Assembly: GCA_037379555.1 (NCBI GenBank)
Contig: JARRJK010000027.1
Coordinates: 1,285-65,284 of the forward strand
DNA length: 64,000 nt
Direction of reading: 5' to 3'
From: Anaerolineales bacterium
GTDB lineage: Bacteria; Chloroflexota; Anaerolineae; Anaerolineales; E44-bin32
This document shows positions 18,137-26,474 of the stretch, one piece after another. The notes below the pieces were generated by a model. It was not told the DNA's origin, did no database searches, and saw only the letters and a list, made by a program, of their open reading frames with translations. Positions within the stretch are counted from its first letter, which is position 1, and the number at the start of each line of letters is the position of its first letter. Both the position numbers and the translations under genes were made by a program.

Positions 18137-18982
18137 CTATAGCATGCGATCGAGCGCAGCACGAATATCCGGGAGGGCACGCCGGGCGGCGTCCTCCCCG
18201 GCTTCGATGATCTCATCCGCGCGCAGGAAGCCAGTGAAGATGCCGACGTCGGCCGGGATGCTAGGGCGGATGAGCACGTCCGGTGGGCGTTCCTGGAGCC
18301 GGATTTTCGTCATCTCATGCGCCATGAGCATCACGGTCTGGTACACGTCCTGGGCCAGCGGCGGTAGGTGCTCCAGCGGACCGGTGCCGCCGGCGGAGGG
18401 AGGGCCATCGAAGGCAGCTGCGACGTCAACCGCGATCTTCACGCGCGCTCCAAAGTCATCGAGCAGGTCGAGCGGCAGGTTGTTGAGCACCCCGCCGTCG
18501 ATCAGGTGCCGTCCCTCCCACTCAACCGCCGGGAACACGCCCGGGAAGGCGCTCGTGGCCAGCACAGCTTTCAGGACCGGGCCATCGGTCAGGTTCACTT
18601 CGCTGCCGCGGTTGAGATCGGTAGCCTTGAGCCCGAGCGGGAGGTGCAGATCGGAGAAGGTGAGACCGGGCGGCGTGAACTGCGCCAGGAACTCGCGGAC
18701 ATGGCTGCCGGCGAGCAGCCCGCGGCGCGGCGGGCGGATGTCGATCAACCGCACCAGCTGGCGCAGGCTCGCCATCCGGCGCGATTCTTCGGCCAGCGCC
18801 GCTGGCTTCCACCCGGCGGCGTAAGCGGCGGCGATCACGCCGCCCATGCTCGCGCCGGAGAGGTAACGGATCGGAATACCCTCCTCATCCAGCACCTTCA
18901 GGACGCCGATATGAGCCAGGCCGCGCGCCCCGCCGCCGCTCAGCGTGAAGCCGATTGAGGGTGTTGATCCATTTGCTGTCAT
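18137..18982 (-). CDS. patatin-like phospholipase
   Basis: 281 aa. Oxyanion GGGARG, nucleophile elbow GASMGG (GxSxG), and catalytic Asp context HLIDGGVLNNLP. Confidence 0.9.
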   Translation of the reverse strand: MTANGSTPSIGFTLSGGGARGLAHIGVLKVLDEEGIPIRYLSGASMGGVIAAAYAAGWKPAALAEESRRMASLRQLVRLIDIRPPRRGLLAGSHVREFLAQFTPPGLTFSDLHLPLGLKATDLNRGSEVNLTDGPVLKAVLATSAFPGVFPAVEWEGRHLIDGGVLNNLPLDLLDDFGARVKIAVDVAAAFDGPPSAGGTGPLEHLPPLAQDVYQTVMLMAHEMTKIRLQERPPDVLIRPSIPADVGIFTGFLRADEIIEAGEDAARRALPDIRAALDRML

Positions 18983-19132
18983 CGTAGCGATTCCCTCAGG
19001 ATGCTGCCAGCATCCTTAGCCAGCTGGATAGGCCCTGGAGCCTCGCTGGCAACAACCACGACATCGATCGTGCTCAAGAGCAGAACCGCATTCATGATAA
19101 ACTGTTTGACCTGGCTTGAGAGGGTTTCTCGA

Positions 19133-19818
19133 TTGTCCAACACGCTGCTCTACCTGATCACGGTCTTCATCTGGGGCTCGACCTGGCTGGCGATCACCTT
19201 ACGAGCGGCATGGTGGCGATCGTTTTCTCGACGGTCGTATTCATGAATGTCTTCTTCGGGGCGCTGCTGTTGGGCGATGCGATTCAGCCGGGTGTGCTCG
19301 TTGGCGCTGCGATCGGCCTGCTGGGGCTGGCGCTGATTTTCTGGCCTGAGCTGAGCGGATTTTCGCTCGATAACGAACGTGCGCTTGGGCTGCTGTTCGC
19401 CGCCGCTGGAGCGGTCTCAGCCTCGCTCGGCAACATCACCTCCGCGCGCAATCAGCGGCATGGGCTGCCGGTGGTTCAGGTCAACGCGCTCGGCATGGCG
19501 TATGGGACGCTCTTCATGACCCTGCTCGTGATCGTGCGCGCGGCGCCGCTGCGCTTTGAACTGACGCACGGTTACGTGCTCTCGCTGTTGTACCTGGCGG
19601 TCTTCGGTTCCGTCATCGCCTTCGGCAGCTATCTGACGCTGATCGGCCGGATTGGCCCGGGGCGGGCGGGCTACGCCACCGTGCTCTTCCCGGTGATCGC
19701 GCTGATTCTCTCCACGCTGTTTGAAGGCCTGCGCTGGGACCTCGTCGGAGGATTCGGCGCGGCGCTCGTCGTCGTGGGAAACGTGCTCGCCCTGCGCAGG
19801 CGTACCCCGGAACCCTGA
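19133..19818 (+). pseudogene. EamA/DMT-family transporter disrupted by an out-of-frame internal deletion
   Basis: A TTG at 19133 opens (M)SNTLLYLITVFIWGSTWLAIT, a typical EamA TM1. This frame dies at 19244. Homology resumes in another frame at about 19198 (LTSGMVAIVFSTVVFMNVFFGALLLGD..., the end of the first EamA half) and runs to 19818. About 85 aa (TM2-TM4) are missing compared with E. coli YedA as I recall it. The junction is flanked by a GGCGATC direct repeat (19188 and 19214). Confidence 0.6.
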
Positions 19819-20059
19819 CGAGTCTTCGGGAACGGCGGTTTTTTCAATTGCCCGTCCCGGCCGCCTCGCCCGGCGCATGTAAGAAACGCGTAAGCCTCTG
19901 ACAAGAGTTCTGTAAGCCGCCCCCTTTACCCTCCAGATCAAGCAGCCGTCCCGGACCGCAGGGATGCCGTCGATGTCGGGCAGCAGAAACCGCTCCCGGC
20001 TGGATCCGTCGGTGGGCGTCCGCCCGGGCGGCACACGATGAAACCCAAGGAGGGTCGCA

Positions 20060-20323
20060 ATGTATAAGAAAGTATCCGTATTGGCGTTGGTGTTGGTGCT
20101 GGCGATGGTGGCAGTCGTCCCGGCGTTCGCCAAAGGCAGGGGCCATGGGGCGCTTGGAACGGTCTATGTCACCAGCCAGGGGCTGTACTATGACACCTTT
20201 GTCTCGGCCAACTCCCTGCCGATGCATGGGCGCTTCCAGAAGCTTGAGAACGGCGTGACCGAGTTCGGCCCCGGCGAGCCGGGCTACCTGGGCGGCCCCG
20301 CTGCTCGGCCCCGGACGTGTTGA
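20060..20323 (+). CDS. small secreted protein, function unknown
   Basis: 87 aa, signal peptide MYKKVSVLALVLVLAMVAVVPAFA, AAGGAGGG RBS 7 nt upstream. Confidence 0.5.
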   Translation: MYKKVSVLALVLVLAMVAVVPAFAKGRGHGALGTVYVTSQGLYYDTFVSANSLPMHGRFQKLENGVTEFGPGEPGYLGGPAARPRTC

Positions 20324-20446
20324 ACCCTGACCTACCGGAATAGAACTCGGGAAGGGGACGTGAACAAGCAGGGCGGCCAGCCGGCCGCCCTGCTCGCTTG
20401 AAAGCCCTTGTAGAATAGATGGGAGAGAATCGGCCCGGGAGCGAAC

Positions 20447-21595
20447 ATGCGCGTGGCAGTCTTCACCAACGCCTACAAGCCGGCGGTCAGCGGTGTTGTC
20501 ACCTCGATCGATTTGTTCCGCCAGGGGCTGTGGGCCGCCGGCCACGAGGCGCACATCTTCGCCCCTGAGTACGAAGCGTACGATGACGAGGAAGCCTACG
20601 TCTTCCGGCTGCCGGCGCTCGACCTGACCGAGCAGTTGAACGTCTCGATCGTGCTCCCGTTCAAGAACCTGATCGATCTGACGATGCACGGTATCCGGCC
20701 AGACGTGATCCACTCCCAGCACCCGGTCTGGATGGGGGATCTGGCCGCTTCCTTCGCCCGGGACTTGGAACGACCGCTGGTCTTCACTTTCCACACCCAG
20801 TACGAGCAGTATGCCCAATTCTACAGCCCGGTCGCCGCCAAACTTGCCGAGCGCCTGACGGAGGATCGCCTGCGGCGCTACCTGGAGCAGTGCGCGCACA
20901 TCATCGCGCCCACCGAGTCGGTCCGCAGGATGCTCGAATCGAGATTCGATTTACACGATATGGTGACCGTCATCCCCACGCCGGTGGATTTGAAACACTT
21001 CCAGTCGGCGCCAGCGGGCGAAATCCGTCAGAAGTATGGCTTGCACGGGAAGGAGCTCCTGCTTTTCGTCGGGAGGATCGCCAAAGAGAAGAATCTCGGA
21101 TTGCTGTTCAAAGCGTTCGCCAGGGTTCGCGCCCAGCGGCCGGCAGCCCATTTGATGCTGGTCGGCAAGGGACCGTTCGAAGCGCAGGCGCAAGAGCTGG
21201 TGCGCAAGCTGGGGGTGGAAGATGCCGTCACCTTCGCCGGGGGCGTGCCGCACGCGCAAATTCCAGCCTACTACCGCGATGCAGATCTGTTCGTCTTCAG
21301 CTCGACGAGCGAAACACAGGGTCTGGTGCTGGTCGAGTCGATGGCTGCTGGCACGCCGGTTGTGGCGGTCGAAGCACCCGGCTCCAGCGATATCCTGAGC
21401 GGCGGCGGCCGCCTGACCGCCCCGGATTCTGCCGGGCTGGCAGAGGGGATGCTCGCCGTGCTCTCCGCCGCGGGAGAAATGGAGCGGCTGGCGCGCGAGG
21501 CAATCGGTATTGCTGAACGCTACTCGATAGCCGGCGCGACGGAGCGCATGCTTGCGGTGTACGACCGCGTGCTTACGAGCGCCGGATTTGCTTAG
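20447..21595 (+). CDS. glycosyltransferase family 4 (GT-B, Glycos_transf_1)
   Basis: 382 aa. N-terminal MRVAVFTNAYKPAVSGV..., C-terminal ...FVGRIAKEKN...ADLFVFSSTSETQGLVLVESMAAGTPVVA (E-x7-E region). Confidence 0.9.
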   Translation: MRVAVFTNAYKPAVSGVVTSIDLFRQGLWAAGHEAHIFAPEYEAYDDEEAYVFRLPALDLTEQLNVSIVLPFKNLIDLTMHGIRPDVIHSQHPVWMGDLAASFARDLERPLVFTFHTQYEQYAQFYSPVAAKLAERLTEDRLRRYLEQCAHIIAPTESVRRMLESRFDLHDMVTVIPTPVDLKHFQSAPAGEIRQKYGLHGKELLLFVGRIAKEKNLGLLFKAFARVRAQRPAAHLMLVGKGPFEAQAQELVRKLGVEDAVTFAGGVPHAQIPAYYRDADLFVFSSTSETQGLVLVESMAAGTPVVAVEAPGSSDILSGGGRLTAPDSAGLAEGMLAVLSAAGEMERLAREAIGIAERYSIAGATERMLAVYDRVLTSAGFA

Positions 21596-21717
21596 ATCGA
21601 ACCTGTCAGAAGGTCAGCTTGCCGCCCGGTGATGAGCATGCTCGTCGATGCGACCGGCTTGTTTATCGACTTTAGCGTAGCCCGCAGCGTCCTCAGTGTA
21701 TAAACCGGCTGGTTAGA

Positions 21718-21745
21718 TCAAAACAGGCCGCCAACCGGTGGCCTG
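21718..21745 (-). terminator. intrinsic terminator after the tadG-like gene
   Basis: Minus strand reads CAGGCCACC-GGTT-GGCGGCCTG followed by TTTTGATC, 23 nt after the stop at 21768. Confidence 0.5.
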
Positions 21746-21767
21746 CTGGATTCGCGCGGGCAGCCAG

Positions 21768-23075
21768 TCACTTCGCCAGGTCGATCGCCGCCGGCAGGTA
21801 GTAGTTCTTGTTCTCCTCGTACTGCACATCCAGGTCGGCGTTGCCTGTGATCTTGACGCTGAGGCCGATCACCTGGGCGTTCACCCCCAGCGTATCGCCG
21901 GTGCCCTCCAGAGTGACCTCCGATGATGGCGCGTAAATGGTCCCGGTGTAATAGGTGTTTGAGCTGCCGGTGACGTGGACCGGGTTGCTGTTCGTCGGCG
22001 CCATATAGATCAGCATCCCCTTCCAGTCGTTACTCGACGGGTCTTCCAGCACGCCCTCAGTCTCCTCGGCCATGAGCTGCACGAGCGTGTTGCCGCCCAG
22101 GTCGAAGGGGCCATCCGTCAGGTAGAAGAAAACGCCGGTTCCGGTCACCGTGCCGCCGGTGCCCTTGATGCCCTTGTTGCCGTAGATGCAGTACATGCCC
22201 GGATCGAAGGTGACGTTGGCGTTGGCGCCGATCGAGATCTCCTGATATTGGCCGGGTGTGACGGTGACCGTCTGGCTGGCGTTGATCTTGAGCTTGCCGT
22301 AGTCGTTCAACGCCGAGCAGTCGGGAGTGGGCATCGGCCGGATGTAGCTGCGGGTTGCGTACTCATTCGGCGCCGGGCTGACCATGCCGCTGCCGCCTAT
22401 GTCGAATGTCCCGACGACGTCGATCCCATAAGAGGGGTCTACCGTGATCGCGCCGCCGCCGCCCTGCACGCCGGACTGACAGCTGGCGCTGGCGGCATCC
22501 GAGTTGGAGAAGACCCCGCCGCCGTTGACGAGCGTGTCGCCCGTGCCGGAGAACCAGACGCCCTTGCAGTCATGCTCGGTGAGGGCGTAGATCGCATATC
22601 CAGGGGTGTAGCTCTGCGGCGGCCAGATGCGCGCCACGGCTTCGGCCTGATTGGAGAGTTTGCCGGCGAAGACAAGGTGGGCGAAGCTGGTGTCGAGGGC
22701 AGATTTGATGATGACATGGATGTAGTTCGGATCTCCGGCGTAATCGCCGCCCCGCGGCGGGCTGGTGACCTGGATCGATAAATCCGAGCCAACGCCCAGG
22801 ATGCAGTCCAGGCCAGGCGGATCGCATGCTTGAGCAGTTGTTGGGTATTCATTGGTGGCGGCGGTATTGAGCGCGGCGATGCCGAAAGGAGTGCCGCCTT
22901 TGATCTTGGCGTAGGCCGCGGCGAGCGCGGCTGCATCAGCCGCGTTCTGCGAGCGACGGTGCTCGGTGAGCAGCATGCCGCCGTCGAGCGCGAGCGCAGA
23001 GAAGGCCAGCATGCCGACCATCAGGATCGCCAGAATGATATAGGATTGACCGGTTTCAGCATGTCTTCCGATCAT
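21768..23075 (-). CDS. TadG-like (Tad/Flp pilus-assembly TadE/G-like N-terminal domain) protein
   Basis: 435 aa. N-terminus GQSYIILAILMVGMLAFSALALDGGMLLTEHRRSQNAADAAALAAA is the TadG-type anchor. A long Gly/Thr-rich beta region follows, ending ...YTGTIYAPSSEVTLEGTG. Confidence 0.8.
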   Translation of the reverse strand: MIGRHAETGQSYIILAILMVGMLAFSALALDGGMLLTEHRRSQNAADAAALAAAYAKIKGGTPFGIAALNTAATNEYPTTAQACDPPGLDCILGVGSDLSIQVTSPPRGGDYAGDPNYIHVIIKSALDTSFAHLVFAGKLSNQAEAVARIWPPQSYTPGYAIYALTEHDCKGVWFSGTGDTLVNGGGVFSNSDAASASCQSGVQGGGGAITVDPSYGIDVVGTFDIGGSGMVSPAPNEYATRSYIRPMPTPDCSALNDYGKLKINASQTVTVTPGQYQEISIGANANVTFDPGMYCIYGNKGIKGTGGTVTGTGVFFYLTDGPFDLGGNTLVQLMAEETEGVLEDPSSNDWKGMLIYMAPTNSNPVHVTGSSNTYYTGTIYAPSSEVTLEGTGDTLGVNAQVIGLSVKITGNADLDVQYEENKNYYLPAAIDLAK

Positions 23076-23108
23076 GGCTGCCTCAGCAGTTCAGGCGGTT
23101 AACCGCCC

Positions 23109-23525
23109 TCAGCATGGTGGTTGCAGAATCGTGTCGATCGCTTCCGCCTGCAGGTGAAGGGTGTTGCCGGCGATGAAGGGGGCCGCCAGATCGAAATCGT
23201 ATTCCACGCGCACCTTGACCGTGTTGCCGGCACAGGCTGCGCCGCTGTATTCAACATCGATCTGTTCATCAGCGAACGCGGAGAGATCGATCGGTTCGTT
23301 CGAGGTGGCCCGAACCCGGGCGCGTATATTGCTGACATCGCCGGGCGCGATCGAAGCGTAGGCCGCGCCTTCCTGGGCTGCATCGCGGACGGCGATGAAG
23401 CTGTAGTACGCTCGTCCGAGATCCATGCCGCCGGCCAGCAGCACGAGGATGAATGTCACGCCGACGGCGAATTCAGTCAGGCTCTGGCCTCGCTCCCGGT
23501 TCTTCCTGCGGAATAATGATTTCAT
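23109..23525 (-). CDS. TadE-like pseudopilin
   Basis: 138 aa. RERGQSLTEFAVGVTFILVLLAGGMDLGRAYYSFIAVRDAAQEGAAYAS (TadE signature G/xxxEF plus hydrophobic helix). Confidence 0.8.
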   Translation of the reverse strand: MKSLFRRKNRERGQSLTEFAVGVTFILVLLAGGMDLGRAYYSFIAVRDAAQEGAAYASIAPGDVSNIRARVRATSNEPIDLSAFADEQIDVEYSGAACAGNTVKVRVEYDFDLAAPFIAGNTLHLQAEAIDTILQPPC

Positions 23526-23594
23526 GATCCACGCTCCCTGTTTGAATAAAATCTGGCTGGCTTTCGCCCCCGGGGATAAGCCCCAGGGATGCGT

Positions 23595-24086
23595 TTATTT
23601 AACATAGATGTCCCGTAGCACCGTACGCGCTGTCGTCGACCGCAGCGGCAGCGGCGGTAAATTTACCAGCGGCACAATCGGCTCGAACGTGAACGTTACG
23701 GTGACGATGATCCTGTCGCCGAGCGCGAGTTGGACGGGCGGGCAGGTGGCCGTATGGAAACCTGTGGCCGGGTTGTCGTACTCGATCACGATATCGCTGT
23801 CCTCGAGGGGTGTCAGCGGGGCGACGCGCCGGGCTTCATCACGGATACCGGCGCAGTCACGGAAGTGCTCCGCGCCGCTGGCGGTCGTCCCGACCGAGGC
23901 CCCGTAGCGCGCGGCCTCGCGGCTGGCGGAGGCGACGCCGGAGTAGGTGATCATCAGACGGCCGAATTCCACGATGCCCATGATCAGCATCAAGAATACC
24001 GGTAGGATGAGCGCGAATTCCACAAGGCCCTGCCCCTTGTGCGCTTTTGGATTGCGGTTGCCGATTCTGCGCTTCAAGCCTGTCAT
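23595..24086 (-). CDS. TadE-like pseudopilin
   Basis: 163 aa. HKGQGLVEFALILPVFLMLIMGIVEFGRLMITYSGVASASREAARYG. Confidence 0.8.
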   Translation of the reverse strand: MTGLKRRIGNRNPKAHKGQGLVEFALILPVFLMLIMGIVEFGRLMITYSGVASASREAARYGASVGTTASGAEHFRDCAGIRDEARRVAPLTPLEDSDIVIEYDNPATGFHTATCPPVQLALGDRIIVTVTFTFEPIVPLVNLPPLPLRSTTARTVLRDIYVK

Positions 24087-24180
24087 ACTCGCTTCACTCC
24101 GTGCTCACCGATCTCCGTCTGAACCATCGCCTCCACCCTCCGCTCGGCTGTTTTCACGTACCTGGCCCCTCCGCCGTGTG

Positions 24181-24230
24181 AAAACAAAAACGACCGTGTT
24201 GCTGCAGGACAGCTGCAAGCTACACGGTCG
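24181..24230 (-). terminator. intrinsic terminator acting as the expression platform of the upstream riboswitch
   Basis: Minus strand reads CGACCGTGTAGCTTGCAG-CTGTC-CTGCAGCAACACGGTCG followed by TTTTTGTTTT. It lies 95 nt upstream of the tadE-like ATG. Confidence 0.85.
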
Positions 24231-24249
24231 CCGGTTAAACGCTTTCCCA

Positions 24250-24346
24250 GACGGTTCGGTAGCAGGCTGTCCTGGCTGGTCTTCCCAGCTGTAGACCCTG
24301 TTGCTTTGCGTCGCCACCTTTCGGTGGGTTTGCCTTTTCGTCGTAG
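24250..24346 (-). promoter_or_regulatory. c-di-GMP-I (GEMM-I) riboswitch aptamer
   Basis: Minus-strand RNA: CUACGACGAAAAGGCAAACCCACCGAAAGGUGGCGACGCAAAGCAACAGGGUCUACAGCUGGGAAGACCAGCCAGGACAGCCUGCUACCGAACCGUC. Hallmark blocks are present: GGCAAACC, a hairpin with GAAA tetraloop, GACGCAAAGC, and a second hairpin closing with ...GCCUGCUACC. For comparison, the V. cholerae Vc2 aptamer as I recall it reads ...GGGCAAACCAUUCGAAAGAGUGGGACGCAAAGCC...GGUAGCGGGGUUACC. Confidence 0.8.
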
Positions 24347-24688
24347 AGGGCAGTCAATTGTTCAGGTGCACCGCCGCCTTACAAAATCCTAACAAATCAA
24401 GCAGTTTATGCGTAATCCCCTATGAGTCCTATGTAACGGATTTTCATTTGCTTCGTTAACAGGAACTCATTCAAGCCGGATCAGTGCGGGTCACGATCTG
24501 GATTATCATCTGTCGATCTCCGGCCACCAGGAGTATGCTAACAGAGGACCGGGTGGTGGACATCAACTGTTCGATGGAGATTTGCCTGCACTTAAGACGG
24601 ATGTACTGCGGGATCAGGTGAAGAAGTATCAGGATGATTTCAGTGGCGAAGGCTCGCTTCCAGCAGGGCTGGAAGAGTCACACGAGTT

Positions 24689-25648
24689 TTGACGAGCCAC
24701 CCGATGACCCCTCTGAATGAAGGACGTGAATTGAAGCGGGTGTTGTTTTTCCTATCCATACCCGAGCGGATGCTGCGTGCGCTGGCCGGTACTGTTGGTG
24801 GCGCGCTGTTACAGCTGCTTGATGTCCTCATCCCGGGCGCGCTGAAGAGCATGACGGTCTATCGCGTCCTGATCGGCGATGTGCTGCGGTTTGCGGTTGA
24901 GCGTGTGGCGGGGATGCCACCCGCAATGGTAAGCGAGGGCATAGCGCCACTGCCGCGTGACTATCAGGCACGGAAATTGGCCGGCACGGCGATCGAGAGC
25001 CTGGGTTTGCTGGTTGTGCAGTTTTCTCCGCTTTGGGTCTTTGCTATCGCCGGCGATGCGGCCGCCGGAAGCAAGGTTTTCCTCCAACGGCTGGAAGGCC
25101 ATTTGAAGCATGAAGGTGTCATCGCCCCGGAGGTTGAGGTGGACGAGCTGACTGACCTGCTGGATGCGCTGCAGCGGGCTTCGCGTACTACCGCCACGAC
25201 GATCGACGCGCCGCCGCTTTCGCGTGCGGAGATTAGGGCGCTGGTGAAGGAGCTGCGCGAGGCCTACCGCCAGGTTTTTATGGGATCGGCGAACCTCGCC
25301 CCCCGCCTTGATCACATGTGGTCCAGGATGCAGCTCGCTTCACGAGAAGGTGGGGTTTCGCTATTGGAGGTAGCCAGCTATATGTCCGCCAACTCGCAAC
25401 GCTGGTTCACACGGGGGAGAGGGGCGATGCGGGCTTTCGGTCGCACTGGCAAGGAACTGGTGGGCGAACAGATTCTTGAGGGTTACCAGCGCACGTTAGA
25501 TGAGCTGGCCTCCGGTGGCCTGCCAGCCTTTTTGCGGGTGAGGATCTCACCCTACCTGCTGGCGGCCCGGGGGCAGTTCGACCCGCAGGTGGGTAGCTGG
25601 ACCGAAGCAGGGCTGTGGCGAATTGTGCGGCGGGTGTCTCAGAGGTGA
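24689..25648 (+). CDS. conserved hypothetical protein
   Basis: 319-aa ORF with coding-like composition. I recognise no family. The start is uncertain (TTG at 24689 or ATG at 24704). Confidence 0.55.
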   Translation: MTSHPMTPLNEGRELKRVLFFLSIPERMLRALAGTVGGALLQLLDVLIPGALKSMTVYRVLIGDVLRFAVERVAGMPPAMVSEGIAPLPRDYQARKLAGTAIESLGLLVVQFSPLWVFAIAGDAAAGSKVFLQRLEGHLKHEGVIAPEVEVDELTDLLDALQRASRTTATTIDAPPLSRAEIRALVKELREAYRQVFMGSANLAPRLDHMWSRMQLASREGGVSLLEVASYMSANSQRWFTRGRGAMRAFGRTGKELVGEQILEGYQRTLDELASGGLPAFLRVRISPYLLAARGQFDPQVGSWTEAGLWRIVRRVSQR

Positions 25649-25654
25649 ATTGGA

Positions 25655-26404
25655 TCAGGCTGAGCCTGTTGCACCGACGGTTCCGCCCTCCTGGAGTCCC
25701 GCCCCGGAATCGTGGTCGATAAACCAATGCACTTCACCCACCGCTGGATTGATCCGCTGAGCGGGGAAGCGTCCTTTGGAACCCTCGAGAATTTGCTTGA
25801 GAATATCCGCCTTCTCGCCGCCCTCCACCAGGAAGGTGACGATTTGGGCGGCGTTGAGCACCGGCAGCGTCAGGGTAAGGCGCCAGGTATCCAGCTTCTC
25901 CACCCAGTTCGCTACAACCCACCGCTGATTTTCGGCAAGCGCGCCGGTGCCGGGGAAGAGAGAGGCGGTATGGCCATCCCCACCGAGACCGAGCAGAACC
26001 AGGTCGAAACGCGGCAGACCCTGCCCCGGGAAGAGTTGATGCAGCTCCGCCTCATAAGCACGGGCGCCGGCTTCAGGTGACGGATCACACCCCATGGGAT
26101 GGATATTTCCAGGTGGGACGGGCAGCTGGGAGAGCAGTGTCTCACGCGCCATGCGGAAGTTGCTGTCGGGGTGATCATGGGGAACGCAGCGCTCGTCGCC
26201 CCAGAAGATATCCACGTTCGACCAATCGATCGACGCCGCGCAGGCAGCCAGGCGGCGGTAGGTCTTCCGAGGGGTATTTCCTCCAGACAAAACAAGCGAA
26301 AAACGGGGGTTCGCCTTGAGCCCTGTTATGATGCGCTGATGGATGAAGGCAGCAGCTGCTTCCGCCAGACCTTCTGCATTTTCCGAGACGTGCACCCGGT
26401 TCAT
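25655..26404 (-). CDS. pgl: 6-phosphogluconolactonase
   Basis: 249 aa. FSLVLSGGNTPRKTY, WGDERCVPHDHPDSN, LLGLGGDGHTASLFPG. Confidence 0.92.
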   Translation of the reverse strand: MNRVHVSENAEGLAEAAAAFIHQRIITGLKANPRFSLVLSGGNTPRKTYRRLAACAASIDWSNVDIFWGDERCVPHDHPDSNFRMARETLLSQLPVPPGNIHPMGCDPSPEAGARAYEAELHQLFPGQGLPRFDLVLLGLGGDGHTASLFPGTGALAENQRWVVANWVEKLDTWRLTLTLPVLNAAQIVTFLVEGGEKADILKQILEGSKGRFPAQRINPAVGEVHWFIDHDSGAGLQEGGTVGATGSA

Positions 26405-26474
26405 GTCGCCTCCCCGTGGAAGTAGTTCATATGCTGAATTCTACCTCCCCCGGGAGGCGCCCGTGACAGGATGC

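Noticed and set aside
19844-20899. Long ORFs antisense to, or out of frame with, confident genes. Examples: 19844..20899 opposite the GT4 gene; 2441..3127 and 3287..4252 in ftsH; 14741..15595 in mntH; 33475..34173; 35216..36016; 44548..45459; 53874..54632; 59688..60743; and the 40702..41751 part of the ORF containing the methyltransferase.
   Set aside because: Their products are Arg/Ala/Gly/Pro-rich low-complexity sequences with no recognisable motifs. Each overlaps a gene with clear family signatures on the other strand or frame. This is the expected stop-codon-poor noise of GC-rich DNA.
24250-24346. The structured minus-strand RNA considered as an SRP (4.5S) RNA because of the GCUGG-GAAGA-CCAGC hairpin, or as a small Flp pilin gene.
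   Set aside because: It lacks the SRP helix-8 consensus (…GGUCCGGAAGGAAGCAGCC…). No ORF with a G/xxxxEY pilin motif is present. The block order GGCAAACC, GAAA hairpin, ACGCAAAGC fits GEMM-I much better, and a terminator and a gene follow as expected for a riboswitch.
24426-24692. An 88-codon open frame ending in a TTGA overlap with the 24689 gene (…DLPALKTDVLRDQVKKYQDDFSGEGSLPAGLEESHEF*), which looks protein-like.
   Set aside because: It has no ATG or GTG start. The only TTG gives 36 aa with no RBS. It lies in the AT-rich divergent promoter region. I kept it as a note only; it could be an N-terminal extension lost by a frameshift.
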